Source: Vicugna vicugna (taxonomy: Eukaryota). Taken from it: a stretch of 64,000 nucleotides of DNA. The DNA lies in NCBI GenBank assembly GCA_013265495.1, contig MU057711.1, forward strand, positions 2,430,844 to 2,494,843, written 5' to 3'. A model generated the notes under the pieces. It searched no databases. It saw only the letters and a program-made list of their open reading frames with translations, and had not been told where the DNA came from. Both the position numbers and the translations under genes were made by a program. This document shows positions 46,550 to 58,400 of this stretch, piece by piece. Numbering within the stretch: the first letter of the stretch is position 1; each line of letters begins with the position of its first letter.

Positions 46550-47640
46550 TATTTTAAAACTGAAGAATAACTTACATACATTAAAATGTATGATCTTATG
46601 TATATAGTTTGATGAGTTTTCACAAGCGTGTACCATTCATGTAAAAGCCATACCCTAATAAAGATGTAAAACATTTTCATCACCCCAGAAAGTTTCTTAT
46701 GCTCCTTTCCAGTGAATCCTCCCCACTCCCACACACAGGTGACTACAGTTCTGATTTCTATTGCCATAGATTAATTTTGGCTGGCTCTTAAATATCACGT
46801 AAACGGAATCACGGAATTTAAACAGAGACTCGCAATCTCACAGTCTTTTTGTGTCTGGTTTCTTTTGCTCAGCGTAATGTTTTTGAGATTCATCCAAGTT
46901 GTTACATGTATGTTCATTCCTTTTTATTACTGAGTATTATTCCACTATGTGACTATATCAGAGTTTGTTTATCTAATCTCTGGCTGATGGCTATTTCTAG
47001 TTTTTGGCTATTATGAATAAAGAAGTATGTTAGTTTTCAATGGCTGCATCACAAATTGCCATAAATTTAGTGGCTTAAAATAACTCCAATGTATCATTTC
47101 ACAGTTTCTGTGGGTCAGGTGTCCAGGCAGGGGTTAGAGGTGTCCTCTGCTCAGGGTCTTACCTTGTTGGAATCAAAGTGTCTGAAAGACTGGGGTCTTA
47201 TCTTAATCCCAGGGTTCTCTACTAAGTTTATAGAATTGTTGGAATTTAGTTCCTTGTGATTGTTGGACTGAAGTTCTCAGCTCTCGGGGGTCACTTTCCA
47301 TTCCCTGCCACGTGGCCCTCACCACAAGGTGGCAGTTTGCTTCTTCAAGGCCGACAGGGGCATATCTTCTGCAGCTTCAAATCTCTCTGCCTTCTTCCAT
47401 CTCTGACCTCTAGACTCTCTTTTAAAGGGCTCATCTGATTAGGTCAGGCCCACCCAGGATAATCTCTCCTTTGATTAATTTAAAGTCAGCTGATTAGGAA
47501 TATCTGAAAAATCCTTTCACCTTCACTACATAATCACAGGAATGATATCACATCATACGCACACTCAAGGCATGTATACCAGGGAATCTTGGAGGCTGTT
47601 TCAGAATTCTGTCTACCACAAGCAACTATGAACATTCTGG
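46550..47640 (-). mobile_element. Old L1 (L1ME-like) 3' fragment interrupted by MLT1
   Basis: acattttcatcaccccagaaagtttc...tttttgagattcatccaagttg...tggctattatgaataaag | caactatgaacattc after the LTR. Confidence 0.75.
47028..47620 (-). mobile_element. MLT1E-like MaLR solo LTR
   Basis: ttagttttcaatggctgcatcacaaattgccataaatttagtggcttaaaa...ttttaaagggctcatctgattaggtcaggcccacccaggataatctc...agaattctgtctaccaca. Confidence 0.85.
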
Positions 47641-50129
47641 AGTTATTTTATTATTCAAGTGTGCATCTTTTAAAAACCAGAGTGTTTCCTACCGAGCTAA
47701 AACAACACTATCCCACTTAACAAAGTAAGTAATTATTTCTCAATATCATCTTATACCTGGCCCATATTTAGTGAGGGGAGCTGTGTTTCAGCAATGAGGT
47801 TTAGCTGGTTTGTCCAAAGCAGAATCCTGTCCAGGACCTGGCAGTGCCTCTGGCCTGATGTCCCTTCCATCACTTTCCACCTGGCACAGTGCCCTTATTG
47901 TGGCAGGTTGAAGAGAGTGGCACTATCACCCAGCAGAAAAGCCTGCTTTCTGGATTAGTGTGGTGGCTTCCTTTTGTCATAATCTTCCTTGTTTTAATCT
48001 TTCTCCCCTTTACATCCTGTGAACTGGAAGTCAGATCTGAAGTTTGATGGACTCAGGTAAACATTTTTTGGCTGGAACATACCATGGGAGATGCTGAGCA
48101 CTTCCAACTACATTTCTTGAGGAGACACATGATTTCTGGTGGTCCCACTGTAGGTACAAGACTGACTCCTGGAGCCATTCAGTTTCTTCCTCCTGACCCA
48201 GAAGGAAATCTGTGAGGTCTTTCTTTGCATAATTCGAACGTCCACTAGTACATCAAGAATTCACCTAATGATTTTAACACATCAATTGATAATCCTTGCC
48301 TGAATCAGTGATTTCATTAGGGGCCAAGGGTGGACTTTTGAACCAGCATTTCCACTATGTGAGGTGAGCATTTCACCTGAAATCTGCCTGGCTTTGTCCC
48401 CTGGAGGCCTGTCCTCCCCCAAGCTGGGACCATCTGGCATAGACCCTCACCAGGCCCAGGGGCAGAGGCGGCCTGAGATGGGAGGGTGTGGAGAAACCCA
48501 GCTCTGTAGCAGCCTGCATGCAAGTCAAGCTTTATGCATCACTTCACAGGGACCTCCAGGAGGCCGGACTGTGCCACTGTTGAGTCTCTGGGCCCTGGGG
48601 GCATGTCGCAAGGCTCTCAATCACTTCTTGACAAATGAATGCATGAACACATGTAAGTGGATGATTGAATGCTTATCTAGTCCTAACCATGGGCTCCTAA
48701 TCATTCTGAAAGCTATACCTGTCTTTGGGGTCCCCGGTCTTTTCTCAGGCTAGGGGCCATTCAAGAGGCCCAGCCATGCACCGGGAGACCTCTCAGGGGG
48801 TCTCTGACTGGTACCTACTCCTACGGGAGCCCACCTTGATGTACTGAAACCAGTGCCTGCAGATCCACCCAATGCCCCTGCAGAGGTTATAACTTCCTGA
48901 GTCAGAGCTCTGCCTACCTGCTGGACTGGACTCTCTGAGACCCTGTCTTGTTCCCTGGGGGTTCCATCAAGTGAACCAGCCAGGCCAAGCTGCAGCTGGC
49001 GATAGGGCCATGCAACACTGGTGCTGCTGCCCACCCATAGGGCGCCCATCAGACAACAAACAGGAGGTCCCTTAGCGAGTTCGGGTGGGGTGCACGAACT
49101 CCCCAGACAGCACTCTCTCCACCCTGGCCTCCCTCCTGGAAAATGGCTCAGCAGCTGGGCTCCGACTCCAGGCCAGCTGCCCCTCCTGCAGAGAAATCTG
49201 CCTTTAATTTAGAAGTTCTATTTCTTTCTCTGTGGAAAAGTCTTTGTGGTACTAATTAAGGAACTCTTTTATCCTGTCCTGTTTGAGGAGCGAGGAATTT
49301 GGGGACTGCCTAGGAAGGGCCCCTTTCCTCACTAATTCCCGAGGCAGACTGACTTCTCCTTGGGCAGGGCACGTGGCGGGAGGCCCTGGGAGGGTCCTTC
49401 CTGGTGACGAGGAGGTTGACATCCGTGGAGGGCTTGCTCTGTGTGGGGCACTCGGCTGAGCACGCTGTGTAGGTTGTCTACTGTGTCTTCCCAGATGCCC
49501 CACATGAATGCCTATTGTCGCCTGTAGTTTACAGATGCAGAAATGGAGGCTCAGAGAGGTCACCGTATTGCTCAGGGCCGGTCGGGTAGTTGATGCTGGA
49601 GCCTGATGATGAACTCTGCTTGGCCTGACCACAGGCTCATGGCTCAAAGTGGTTCATTATGTCAATAGAGTATGTTATTTGGTGTCTTTATTATAGGACA
49701 TCAGATACAGAAAAGTGTACAACCTAGGCCAGACGTGGCCACATTTTGCACAATTTAGTATTTATTCTTTGTAGAGTCTCCAGTGTGCCTGTGTGAGGTC
49801 CCCAGAACAGGGCTGCATCTCCTGGAAGAACCAAGGTTGCCCTGGATCTAGAGTACTTATGTGTGTGTTTAAGGCTCAGCCCGATCGGCTCCTTTCTGTC
49901 TGTTCCGCCTCATACATCATTGTTTTCCTCATGCCTTTTGTTTTGGGTGCACCCAGTGGCCCTGCTGTTTTGGTCTTGGGGCATTTGCTGGGCTTCGACG
50001 TTCCTTGGGGCTAGAATTCTGTCCTTAGGTTTCCACCTGATAGATTCCTTCTTTCTTGATGCCCCAGAGACAAAGATCGCTTGTTCTATCATGAGAACAC
50101 CACACACCTTCATACCTGTTTCAGGAGAT

Positions 50130-50625
50130 TGATCATACTGTATTGAAGTTTTTTTTAAGCTCAGAAAAAATTTTAATACAAAAAGTTATAGTGAATCAGT
50201 ATGACAGTTCTCAATATATCCACCACTCAGAACTAACATATGACAAACTTTTGTTCTCTCTGCTTCAAATTTAGAAAAAAAAGATCTATCACTAAAGCAT
50301 GAAAGTCCTTTTGGAAGACGATTTGTGTTCATTCTTTTCCTCCCTTCCCCAGAAACTGCCACTGTTGATGAACTTGGTGAGCCAGCCCATGTTTTTATAT
50401 CTTTATCACAGTTTTGTCCAGCAATAAATGGCATATAATATTGTCTCTTGAGTCTAAAATTTTTACGTGTTCATATCTTTTAATATCTTGCTTTTTCACA
50501 TAAGTTTATGCTTTTAAATTTTTTGAGATTTTTCTTGATCTATCTAGTTCTGATTCATTCCTTTTCAGATCTGTATGGAATTCCATTTAAGAATAAATCA
50601 CAGAGTATCCATTTTTACCATTTAA
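50130..50625 (-). mobile_element. Old L1 (L1ME-like) fragment; probably resumes at 55795-56043
   Basis: cccttccccagaaactgccactgttg...cttgctttttcac...ttttgagatt...attcattcctttt; L1 sequence resumes after the ERVL. Confidence 0.55.
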
Positions 50626-50629
50626 TCCA

Positions 50630-51075
50630 CTGGGATTTGATTTCCCAGGAAGCAAACTTGGAGACAGAGATTTGTAAGTGGCAAGTTTATTGGGAAGTGC
50701 TCTCGGGAGCATTACCTGTGAGGGAGGGAGGGAGGGAAGCAGCGTTGAGCAAAGAGAGAGGTTGAACTGTGATGTAAGTGGGCAGAGACCTCAGCTGATC
50801 TCTACTGGGAGTGCTGGAGCTGGAATGACCTTTCAGACTTGTCCTCAGCCAAGACGAGGCTGCAGGTCTTTGTACCCATCATGGCCCAGTCATTGGAAGA
50901 AGGCTGCCTCCAGGAGAGGGCCATGGCTTTGGGTGAGGCAGCTCTGTTTGCCAAAACTCAAGTCCCAGAGAAGAGTCAACTGCGGACCACCTGCAGCCAA
51001 CACTTGTGGCAGTCAGGGGAGTGAGTGCTTCTGTCTTTACGGGGATCTGGGCAGCTGACTACAGCATCCACTACA
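50630..51075 (-). mobile_element. 3' LTR (LTR16A-like, LTR16/LTR33 group) of ERVL provirus
   Basis: Minus strand begins tgtagtggatgctgtagtcagctgcccagatcccc right after a purine-rich tract (aaggggtgaac); AATAAA near its end (tttatt ~50686). Confidence 0.85.
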
Positions 51076-54000
51076 GTTCACCCCTTGTGCTGCCTAGATC
51101 CACTTGTTTCTTACAGTAAATTCACCACATCTGGGGGCAGTTCCTTCAGGATTCTGGTTGGTCTCTTTTCCCAGAGAAAATTACAAAAAAAAGGTTAGTG
51201 GGACAAACTGTAGCCCCTGTCACCACAGCTGGTCTTGAGGCTGTACCAGGATCTCATCATCATCTCTGCTATCCACTCATGTTCATTTCCTATCCATTGT
51301 ATGTTCATTTCATCCTCTGTTAGCACCTCTGCTGCTCAAGGTGGCTTTCCTGCTGGAGTGACCCTGACTCTGGCCCCTGAGGGGCTGAACCCCTGGTCAT
51401 CATTTCTTCTCAAGCCAGAGTTACTGTGTTTGTCCATTTGCTATCGGAATTGGGCAGGGAGATACTAAGAGACTCAGTAGATTACCTGGGTTCTCTGCCT
51501 TCATTGTGTAATGGCAGCTCTACATCCTCCTGCTATCAGTAAAATCCCCTTGCTAGTACAGTGACTCATCTCCCTGTCTGCTGGCCTCATGGCCAAAGGA
51601 AACTGAAGTAACCAGGTGATGGCCATCACTTTAAGTTTAATGAGATTCTTACTGTGTCCCCTGCTGGGAGCATCCCCCTGCTGGGAATCAGAACTTCTAT
51701 ATCCGCAAAGTCTAAAGTTGAGGAAATGGGAAACTCAAATTCTCCAGTTGGGTTATGAGGAATGGCAGTCATTGGGCCACTCCTACTTCCCTCTATGGTT
51801 CCTGGACTCAGCTACTTTATCTGTTGAGAATTCCATGCATAGTGATCATTGCTTTCAAGTTTATATTCATCCTGAAGGATGGTGCGCCATCCTCCCGGGA
51901 TGTGAACTCCAAGCTGGCATCTCAGCTACAGGTCTCATGCCAGCAGCTTCTGACTGATGCAGTATGTGACAGGGATCCTGCGGTCTTTGACTCATTGCTG
52001 CACCTCCTTTGCTGTGAAGTGGGTTTCCTGAGCTGAGGCAATGTCATATAAGATCCCATGTTAGTAGATCAAACCAATCTGTGAATCCTGGGATAGCGTT
52101 GCTGACAGGGACCCTGCAGGTAGGAAAGGCAAATTCATATTCAGAATGTGTACTGATTTCAGCCAAGAAGATTTGAAGACTCCTCCAGGGTAGAGGAGTC
52201 TAGTGTAGGCCACTTGTCACCAAGTGACTGGTTGGTCTTTTCAAGGAATGCTGTCATATTGAAGGCTCAATGTTGGTCTCTGTCGCTGGCAGACTGGACA
52301 TTCTGCAGTAGCAGTAGCTAGATCCACCTTGAAGAGTGGAAGCTCATGTTTTTTGGCTGCCAAATAGCTTTCATCCCTGCCACTATGGCTACTCCCTTCA
52401 TGAGACCATTTTACAAGCTTTGGGTGGACAGCGACAGAGACTGGCGGACAGCGACAGAGACTGGCTGACATCGACTGGTCAAGTTATTCTGTCTGCTTGA
52501 TTGTTCAGTCCTCTTCTATGGTAGATGCTCTCTAATGGGAGTTAACACGAGCTGCAAACATCTTTACATTTTATACTCACTCTCACATATCTATCACATC
52601 CCTCTTCCCCAGACCTCCTTGACATCAATCTTCAGTTCTTTCTCCTTTAAGGCCTCTGACCAAAGAGCCAAGTCACTCACCACTGCCCATGGATCCATGT
52701 AAAATCTAACCTCAGGCTAGTTCTCTTCCTGTGCCAGTGGAATGATCAGGCACACCATCCAAAGCTCTGCCACTGGGGAGATTTCCCCTCAACACTGTCT
52801 TTCAAGGCTGCAGAGTAGCAACAGTCTGTGTTTGGCTTATACCACATACTGAAATGACCCACCTGCCAACTAGGTTTGGGCTTGACCCTCTTCCATCAGC
52901 TGATCGTAAGTCTTCACGCACCCATGAAGCCATTGGTGGGGGCCGCAGGAGAGGGACCAGTGCAACCCTGGTGGATCACGTGGGCGCATGGGCTCCCCAG
53001 TCATGCAGCTTCCTGTACCTCCAGGCCTTGCTTGTTCCTGATCCTGGGTGCTCCACTTCTAGCGTATGATGAATCGCTGTTGGGCCTGGCCAACCTCTTG
53101 ACTTGGTGGGTCTGATGGAAGTCAGCTCATGACGGGCTGCGTGGCCACTTGATGCCCCAAGGTCAGACGGTCCATCGCCTAAGCACGGCTCAGTAGCACT
53201 CCAGGAGCTGTTTTATAAAAGGTATGTAATTTTCTGCTGCACATATTACATTCTTGCTCTTCTCTTGAGGCTTGCTATGAACTCCACATGGCATCTTTCC
53301 CCGAAATACGCCTCTAATACCATAAATACCTCTAATACCACAGTGTCTGCTGGGTCATATGACCCAAACGGCAGGCCTGTTTACACTAAAGCCTGGACCT
53401 GCTGCAAAGCATTTTTCTGCTCTGGGTTCCACTTTAAGCTAGCAGACACGTGCCCTGTGGTATATGGAGGGGAGCAATATTCCTAGGTATGGAATATGCT
53501 GCCTCCAGAGTCTGGAGTGGCCTCCCAGACATTATCCTTTGTGGTGGGAGGTGCAAGTTGAAATAATTTACTTATTTAACTTTGGAGGGGATGTCCCAGA
53601 CCACTGGACTCTTAAGAACTTCACTAATGTGGCAGCACCCTGAAGTGACATAAGGTTTGTATCTCATTCTCTGAAATAAGTTTATCTTAACAAGGCCTCC
53701 AGAATACTCACCACTGCTTGCTCATCCAATTAGCATGATGTCTTTGGTACAGGAGACCATTGTGACGCTCTGTGGGATGCCCAGCCAGTCCAGGTCTCTT
53801 TGGACTAGGTTATGAGAGAGAGCAGGAGAATTACCGTAGCCCTGGGAAATGTATACTGTTGCTTTTCTCCTGTGAATGGGAAACATCACTGATCCTTTTC
53901 CTGAAAGGAACGGAAAAGAATGTATTTGCCAGATCAATGGCCACATGCCACGTACAGTACTAAGGACTGTGTGTAGAGGATTGCACGTCAGTCAGCACCT

Positions 54001-55795
54001 GTGATGGAGGCTGCTAAGTGCTTGGTTTACAATTTTTTTGTTTGTTTTTATAATTAAAAAAAATTTTATTTTGGGGGGGGGAGGCAATTTGGTTTGCTTA
54101 TTTATTAATTTTAGAGGAGGTACTGGGGATTGAACCCAGGACCCTGTGCGTGCTAAGCATGTTCTCTACCTCTTGAGCCACCCCCTACTTACCTTGAGTT
54201 TACAATTGTTCACTGTCATCGTCCAGGATCCGCCTGTTATTTAGATGCTAGACTAGTGAATTAAACGGGAATAGGATAGAGGCTACACACTCTCAGGTTT
54301 TAAGGGTACTGACCTCTGCTGTTCTCCTTGGGCTGTGACATTGTTTTTGATTTACTGTCCTTGCCTAGAAAGGGAGGGTGGTGTCAGAGGCTTCTCACTT
54401 GGCCTTGACCACTGTGATAGCTCTTACCCCATAAGCCATTGTGAAGGTTGTAGCAGCCAGGTGACTGTCTATTCCCATTCCACAGCTGGGGCTGGGGAGG
54501 TGACTGTTGGATGTGTCTAGGGATTCAGCGAACTCACTGTGAATCAGATGTGGGCCAGGATACCATTTATTGCTGCCTCCTATGTCCCTCTCTCATGGTG
54601 GGGGGCATAATACCACTTCAGTTCCTTGAGTATCAGTGTTAATTCAGATCCTGTATCTGAAAGTCACTGAAATGTACGAGTCTTCCTCTTTCTTCAGTGT
54701 ACGGTTATCCATGTAAATGACTGTAGATCCCTTTGGAGAAAAACTGGGGCAATTATTACCATATACACTTGCCATGACATTGAAGACTCTTCCCCATGGA
54801 ACCCTGGCTTCTCCTTTAGTCAGTGGTTTCTGGGTCTGCGAACTGGCTCAGTTCCAGAAACTGGCCAAGGAACTGTGACTTTATTAGGATGGCCACACTT
54901 GGTCCTATGATAATCCATCCTTGATCTCTTTTGGTTGTATGGGAGCATTACCTGTTAGTTGCTCATCTATCTTGCCCCTAGGGGTGTCTTACTCTGTTAA
55001 AAATTTCCATAATCTTTCTTTGGATCATGCCCCCTGGTTGCCATGTCAGTTTTACTTTTCATTACGATAATTGCACTCATTCTATTTCTGACGGTTAAGC
55101 CCCTATTCAGGATCCTATCATGTTCATCGCTGTGAGGGAGTCCGGTCTATCACAGCACCTTCTATACAGGATCTGTGTAGGTTCTATTATAGGTCTGCCA
55201 CCAGTGAGCATCTTAATGATGCTGGTGCCACCTCCCAACATTATTCCTTACTGCATTGGTAAATGGAGTGTCCTCTGGGTTTTCCATGGTACTTGCCAGC
55301 TGGTAGGTATTTTGGCCTTATATAGTATATCCACTCTAGGATGCCAAAGTCTGTGAGCGTTCTGATTCCCTCCTCTACCATCTGTCGTGACAGCTTTGGA
55401 ATTATTTGCTCCACTTTGTGTGGCCTATCACTTTCTCCAAGTTTACAAGATGCATTCTTGGAACATGTAAGTACCACCCCCTCAGGTCCTGGCTAGGGTT
55501 TTAAATCATCATGGGAGGGTGCGTAATATCAATACACTCTCCTTTATCCAGCTTGGTAGTCTGTCCCTCTCAGGTCAGAGCCCTCAGGGTCTGATTCCAT
55601 TACATCCTCCCGGCTCCTGCCAGTATTGGCAGGTGGATGAGATCTCGCAGTTCCTTCGAGGTATAGTCCTTTCCCTTCCTTAGCAAGCCGAGCACTATGG
55701 CCAGGTTGTGGCTGGACCCTAGGTATTGGTGGTGGCCAGGAGGAGAGGTAGGAGTAAACCCGGCCTTACAAGGTAGAGGCCTCTGCACCACCGCA
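51076..55795 (-). mobile_element. Decayed ERVL (HERV16-like) internal region: gag-protease-RT-integrase-dUTPase, no intact ORF
   Basis: gag EEGIRTLTDFGILEWIY (55241-55477); PR DTGSELTLI (~54630-54657); RT VAIDLANTFFSVP and QGYGNSPALSHNLVQRDLD...KDIMLIG (53722-53950); IN zinc finger WSHEGSSHSG...AECPVC (52241-52471); dUTPase EVLIPSRGMLPAGDTVRISLN (~51630-51700). Confidence 0.92.
54035..54192 (-). mobile_element. Vic-1-like SINE inserted in the ERVL RT region
   Basis: ggaggtactggggattgaacccaggaccctgtgcgtgctaagcatg; TSD cttg(a)gtttacaatt at 54021-54034 and 54193-54207. Confidence 0.9.
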
Positions 55796-56043
55796 GGAGT
55801 AGGATTACTGGGTCATGTGGTTACTGGATGGCTGATCTTTTGAGGAACGGCCAGACTGTTCCCCATGGGGATGCTGCACTCTTTCACCTTCCCACCAGGA
55901 GTGCACATCCCTGCTAGCACTTGTTACTTTTGGTCTTTTTCAGTGTGGCCATTTTAGTGGGTGAAGTGGTATCTCATCGTGGTTTTGATTTGCATTTCCC
56001 TGAAGCCCAATGCTATTGAACATCTTTTCGTGGGCTTGTTGGC
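55795..56043 (-). mobile_element. L1 fragment (ORF2 3' end)
   Basis: aggagtaggattactgggtcat...gtggtatctcatcgtggttttgatttgcatttccctga...gaacatcttttc. Confidence 0.8.
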
Positions 56044-56103
56044 CCTAATAAAGATTTTGTGTTTCTAACTTCCTCTCAGCTCTGCTTCCCAAAGAACTCA
56101 ACT

Positions 56104-56107
<4 letters not shown>

Positions 56108-56136
<29 letters not shown>
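56108..56136. repeat. (GT)n microsatellite, ~14 units
   Basis: Direct reading of the sequence. Confidence 0.95.
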
Positions 56137-56140
<4 letters not shown>

Positions 56141-56629
56141 TGTTGGGGTAGGGGGCGGGGAGGGAGCCGACATCTCTGTGTCTCTCTTTTTCTCTTTCTC
56201 TCTGTCTGTTTCTTTCTCTGTCACCCCCACCCTCCCCCAACATTTCTTTTTGCCCGCAGTTTCTGGGAACATGCTGGTTATGCCCATAGTGTTTGCAGTT
56301 CTTTCTTTTCAATAAAAGCACAAAAATGTCAGCGTGACACCACACCATGGCAACTGCCCCGGTAACAAGATACATTTACTTTCTATGGGTTTCCTGGAGA
56401 CTGCCCAGCACTGTGGGGCCTGCAGCCCATCCCAGGACCCAGGCTGATCTTCTGATTCTCGGAGAGATTCTGTCCTGGCACCGTCCATGCTCTGCCTTTT
56501 TCTGTTTTCTTCTCTGCTCTCCTAATGGTTCTCTTTGCATCAGTCTTTTCTGTCCAGCCAAGGGGAGCAGCTGAGCCCATCAAGGGCAGGTGAAACAGCT
56601 CTTTTGCCCCTTTCCTGCTTGCCCAGCTC

Positions 56630-57122
56630 TGTTCGCCACTAACCTTGAAAGAACCTAATTATAGGAATGAGATCACTTGGCAATTCAACCTCACTCCTGA
56701 CTTAGGCTCTCTTAAGTGCACACCACGCCTTGCCTACCCTGTTGATTCTTTTCCTAGATTAAAAGAAATAAGAATGAAGAGTTTAGCAGGGAAAGAATGA
56801 TTAAGTCTCTACCCCCAACAGCCCCCTTAGCAATCCTACAAGCAGATCACGTGGCCAGAGAGACAGCCAGCCTGCACACAATGGAGAAGGATGCAGAAAC
56901 CAACCTCCTGCCTCAATGATTCACTCAGATTCTTCCCCCCACTTTCCCCTTTAAAAACTGTCATGGCTGAGCAGACTCATCAGCGTTGGTCTCTGGACAT
57001 GAGTCCACCTTCTCCCCAGACTGCCAGTTCTTCTGATGAAAAACCCTTCCCTTTCTACTGACATCTGCCTCTCAAATTATTGGCTTTTGAGCAATGAGCA
57101 GCTGAACCTGAGTTCAGGAACA
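56630..57122 (+). mobile_element. ERV1-class solo LTR (MER39/MER34-like)
   Basis: tttcccctttaaaaac TATA-like region; ggacatgagtccaccttctcccc; ends tggcttttgagcaatgagcagctgaacctgagttcaggaaca; start boundary uncertain. Confidence 0.65.
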
Positions 57123-57323
57123 CAGTGGGCAGATCTCTTTCTCTTGTCCCTTCTTCAGTGTCATTGCTGGGCTGGGCCTTGGCAAAGACTTGCCATTGAT
57201 GTGAAGCGCTGGGGTCAGGTGGGAATTGGGGATCGTAGCTGATGGCCGTGAGCTATAAGAGGCAAGGGCTCTGTCGAGCTTGTTCGCCCAGTGCCCAGAT
57301 GGTGCCATGTGTGTACCAGGCTG

Positions 57324-58040
57324 TGTTATAATAAGGAATATATTCAGTCTTTGTCTCTGGTTCCTGTCATGGAGTTCCTAAAAAAACCCTTGTTTTTTCC
57401 TGAGTGATGAGTGTCTTTTGTTATTCATAATTAGCCCTTGCGACCACACTGGAGTTTATGCTAATGAGGTGACTCAGGGTGGGCCCCTAGAAAGCTTCCA
57501 GATGGGGGCTTGTCACCAGAAAGACCAAGTAGTGATTAGAGATGGGAATTGTCAGCCCTACCCCTAACATCTGGGGAAGGGCTGAAGATTGGGTTATAGA
57601 CACTATTGAACCAAGACTCTCTGAGAGCTTTGGGGTGGGTGGGTGAGCCGGGAGAGGCCGGGAAGCTCGGTGCCTCCCCCACCCCGACACCTCACCCTGT
57701 TCACCCTGTCTTCCATTTGGCTCTTCCGGAGTTGCAACCTTTATAATAGGCCAGTAATCCTAACTAAAGCCCTCTCCTGGGTTCTGAGTCACTCTAGTGA
57801 ACTACAGAACCCGAGGGGGCAGTCAAGAGAATCCCTGAATTTGCAGCTGCCTGGGCAGAAGCGGGTCACCTGCGGACCCTGTTTGAGGCTGATGTCCGAG
57901 GTGAGGGAAGTCTCACGGGACTGAGCCCTAAACTTGTGAATCCTGATGGCAGCTCAAGTAGTTAGTGCCAGAATTAAATTGAATTGTTGGACACCTACTC
58001 GGTGTGGGAGAATCAGAGAACTGGTGTCAAAAACAACTAC
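57324..58040 (+). mobile_element. MER21-like LTR
   Basis: gtctttgtctctggttcctg...gagtttatgctaatgaggtgactc...ccagaaagaccaag...gggactgagccct...ccagaattaaattgaattgttggacacc. Confidence 0.8.
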
Positions 58041-58157
58041 GTACAGACCACCCCGATGAGTATTTGTGGAGTGAACAAAGAATAATAGCTAACATAAATT
58101 AAGTGCTATATCCTGTATCCTATGCCAAATGCTTTATGTGCCCTCATTAAAAAAAAA

Positions 58158-58400
58158 GCAAACACTTTTGAGCATGTATTGTGTGCCGTGTGTTGGGCCT
58201 GGTATTTGGGGATAGCTACGAACAAGTAAGCCAATTCAAGAGACATAATTCAGCACTGATTACTGTATGCCATGTGCTGTTCCAGGTAGTGGGGATACAC
58301 CTGTGAGCAATTCAAGTCTACCCAACAAATATGTATGGAGTTCCTACTATGTGCCAGGCACTGCTCTAGGCCTGGAGGATACAGCAGGGACCAAACAGAA
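58158..58400 (-). repeat. Three tandem ~80-bp L2 3'-terminal fragments
   Basis: Units start at ~58158, ~58238 and ~58321; each resembles caa...ttgagcacctactatgtgccaggcactgt...ggggatacagcagtgaacaa. Confidence 0.6.

Noticed and set aside
51076..55795. Domesticated retroviral gene or env/syncytin
   Set aside because: Gag and pol are riddled with stops and frameshifts, the RT catalytic motif is decayed, a SINE interrupts RT, and there is no room for env between dUTPase and the LTR
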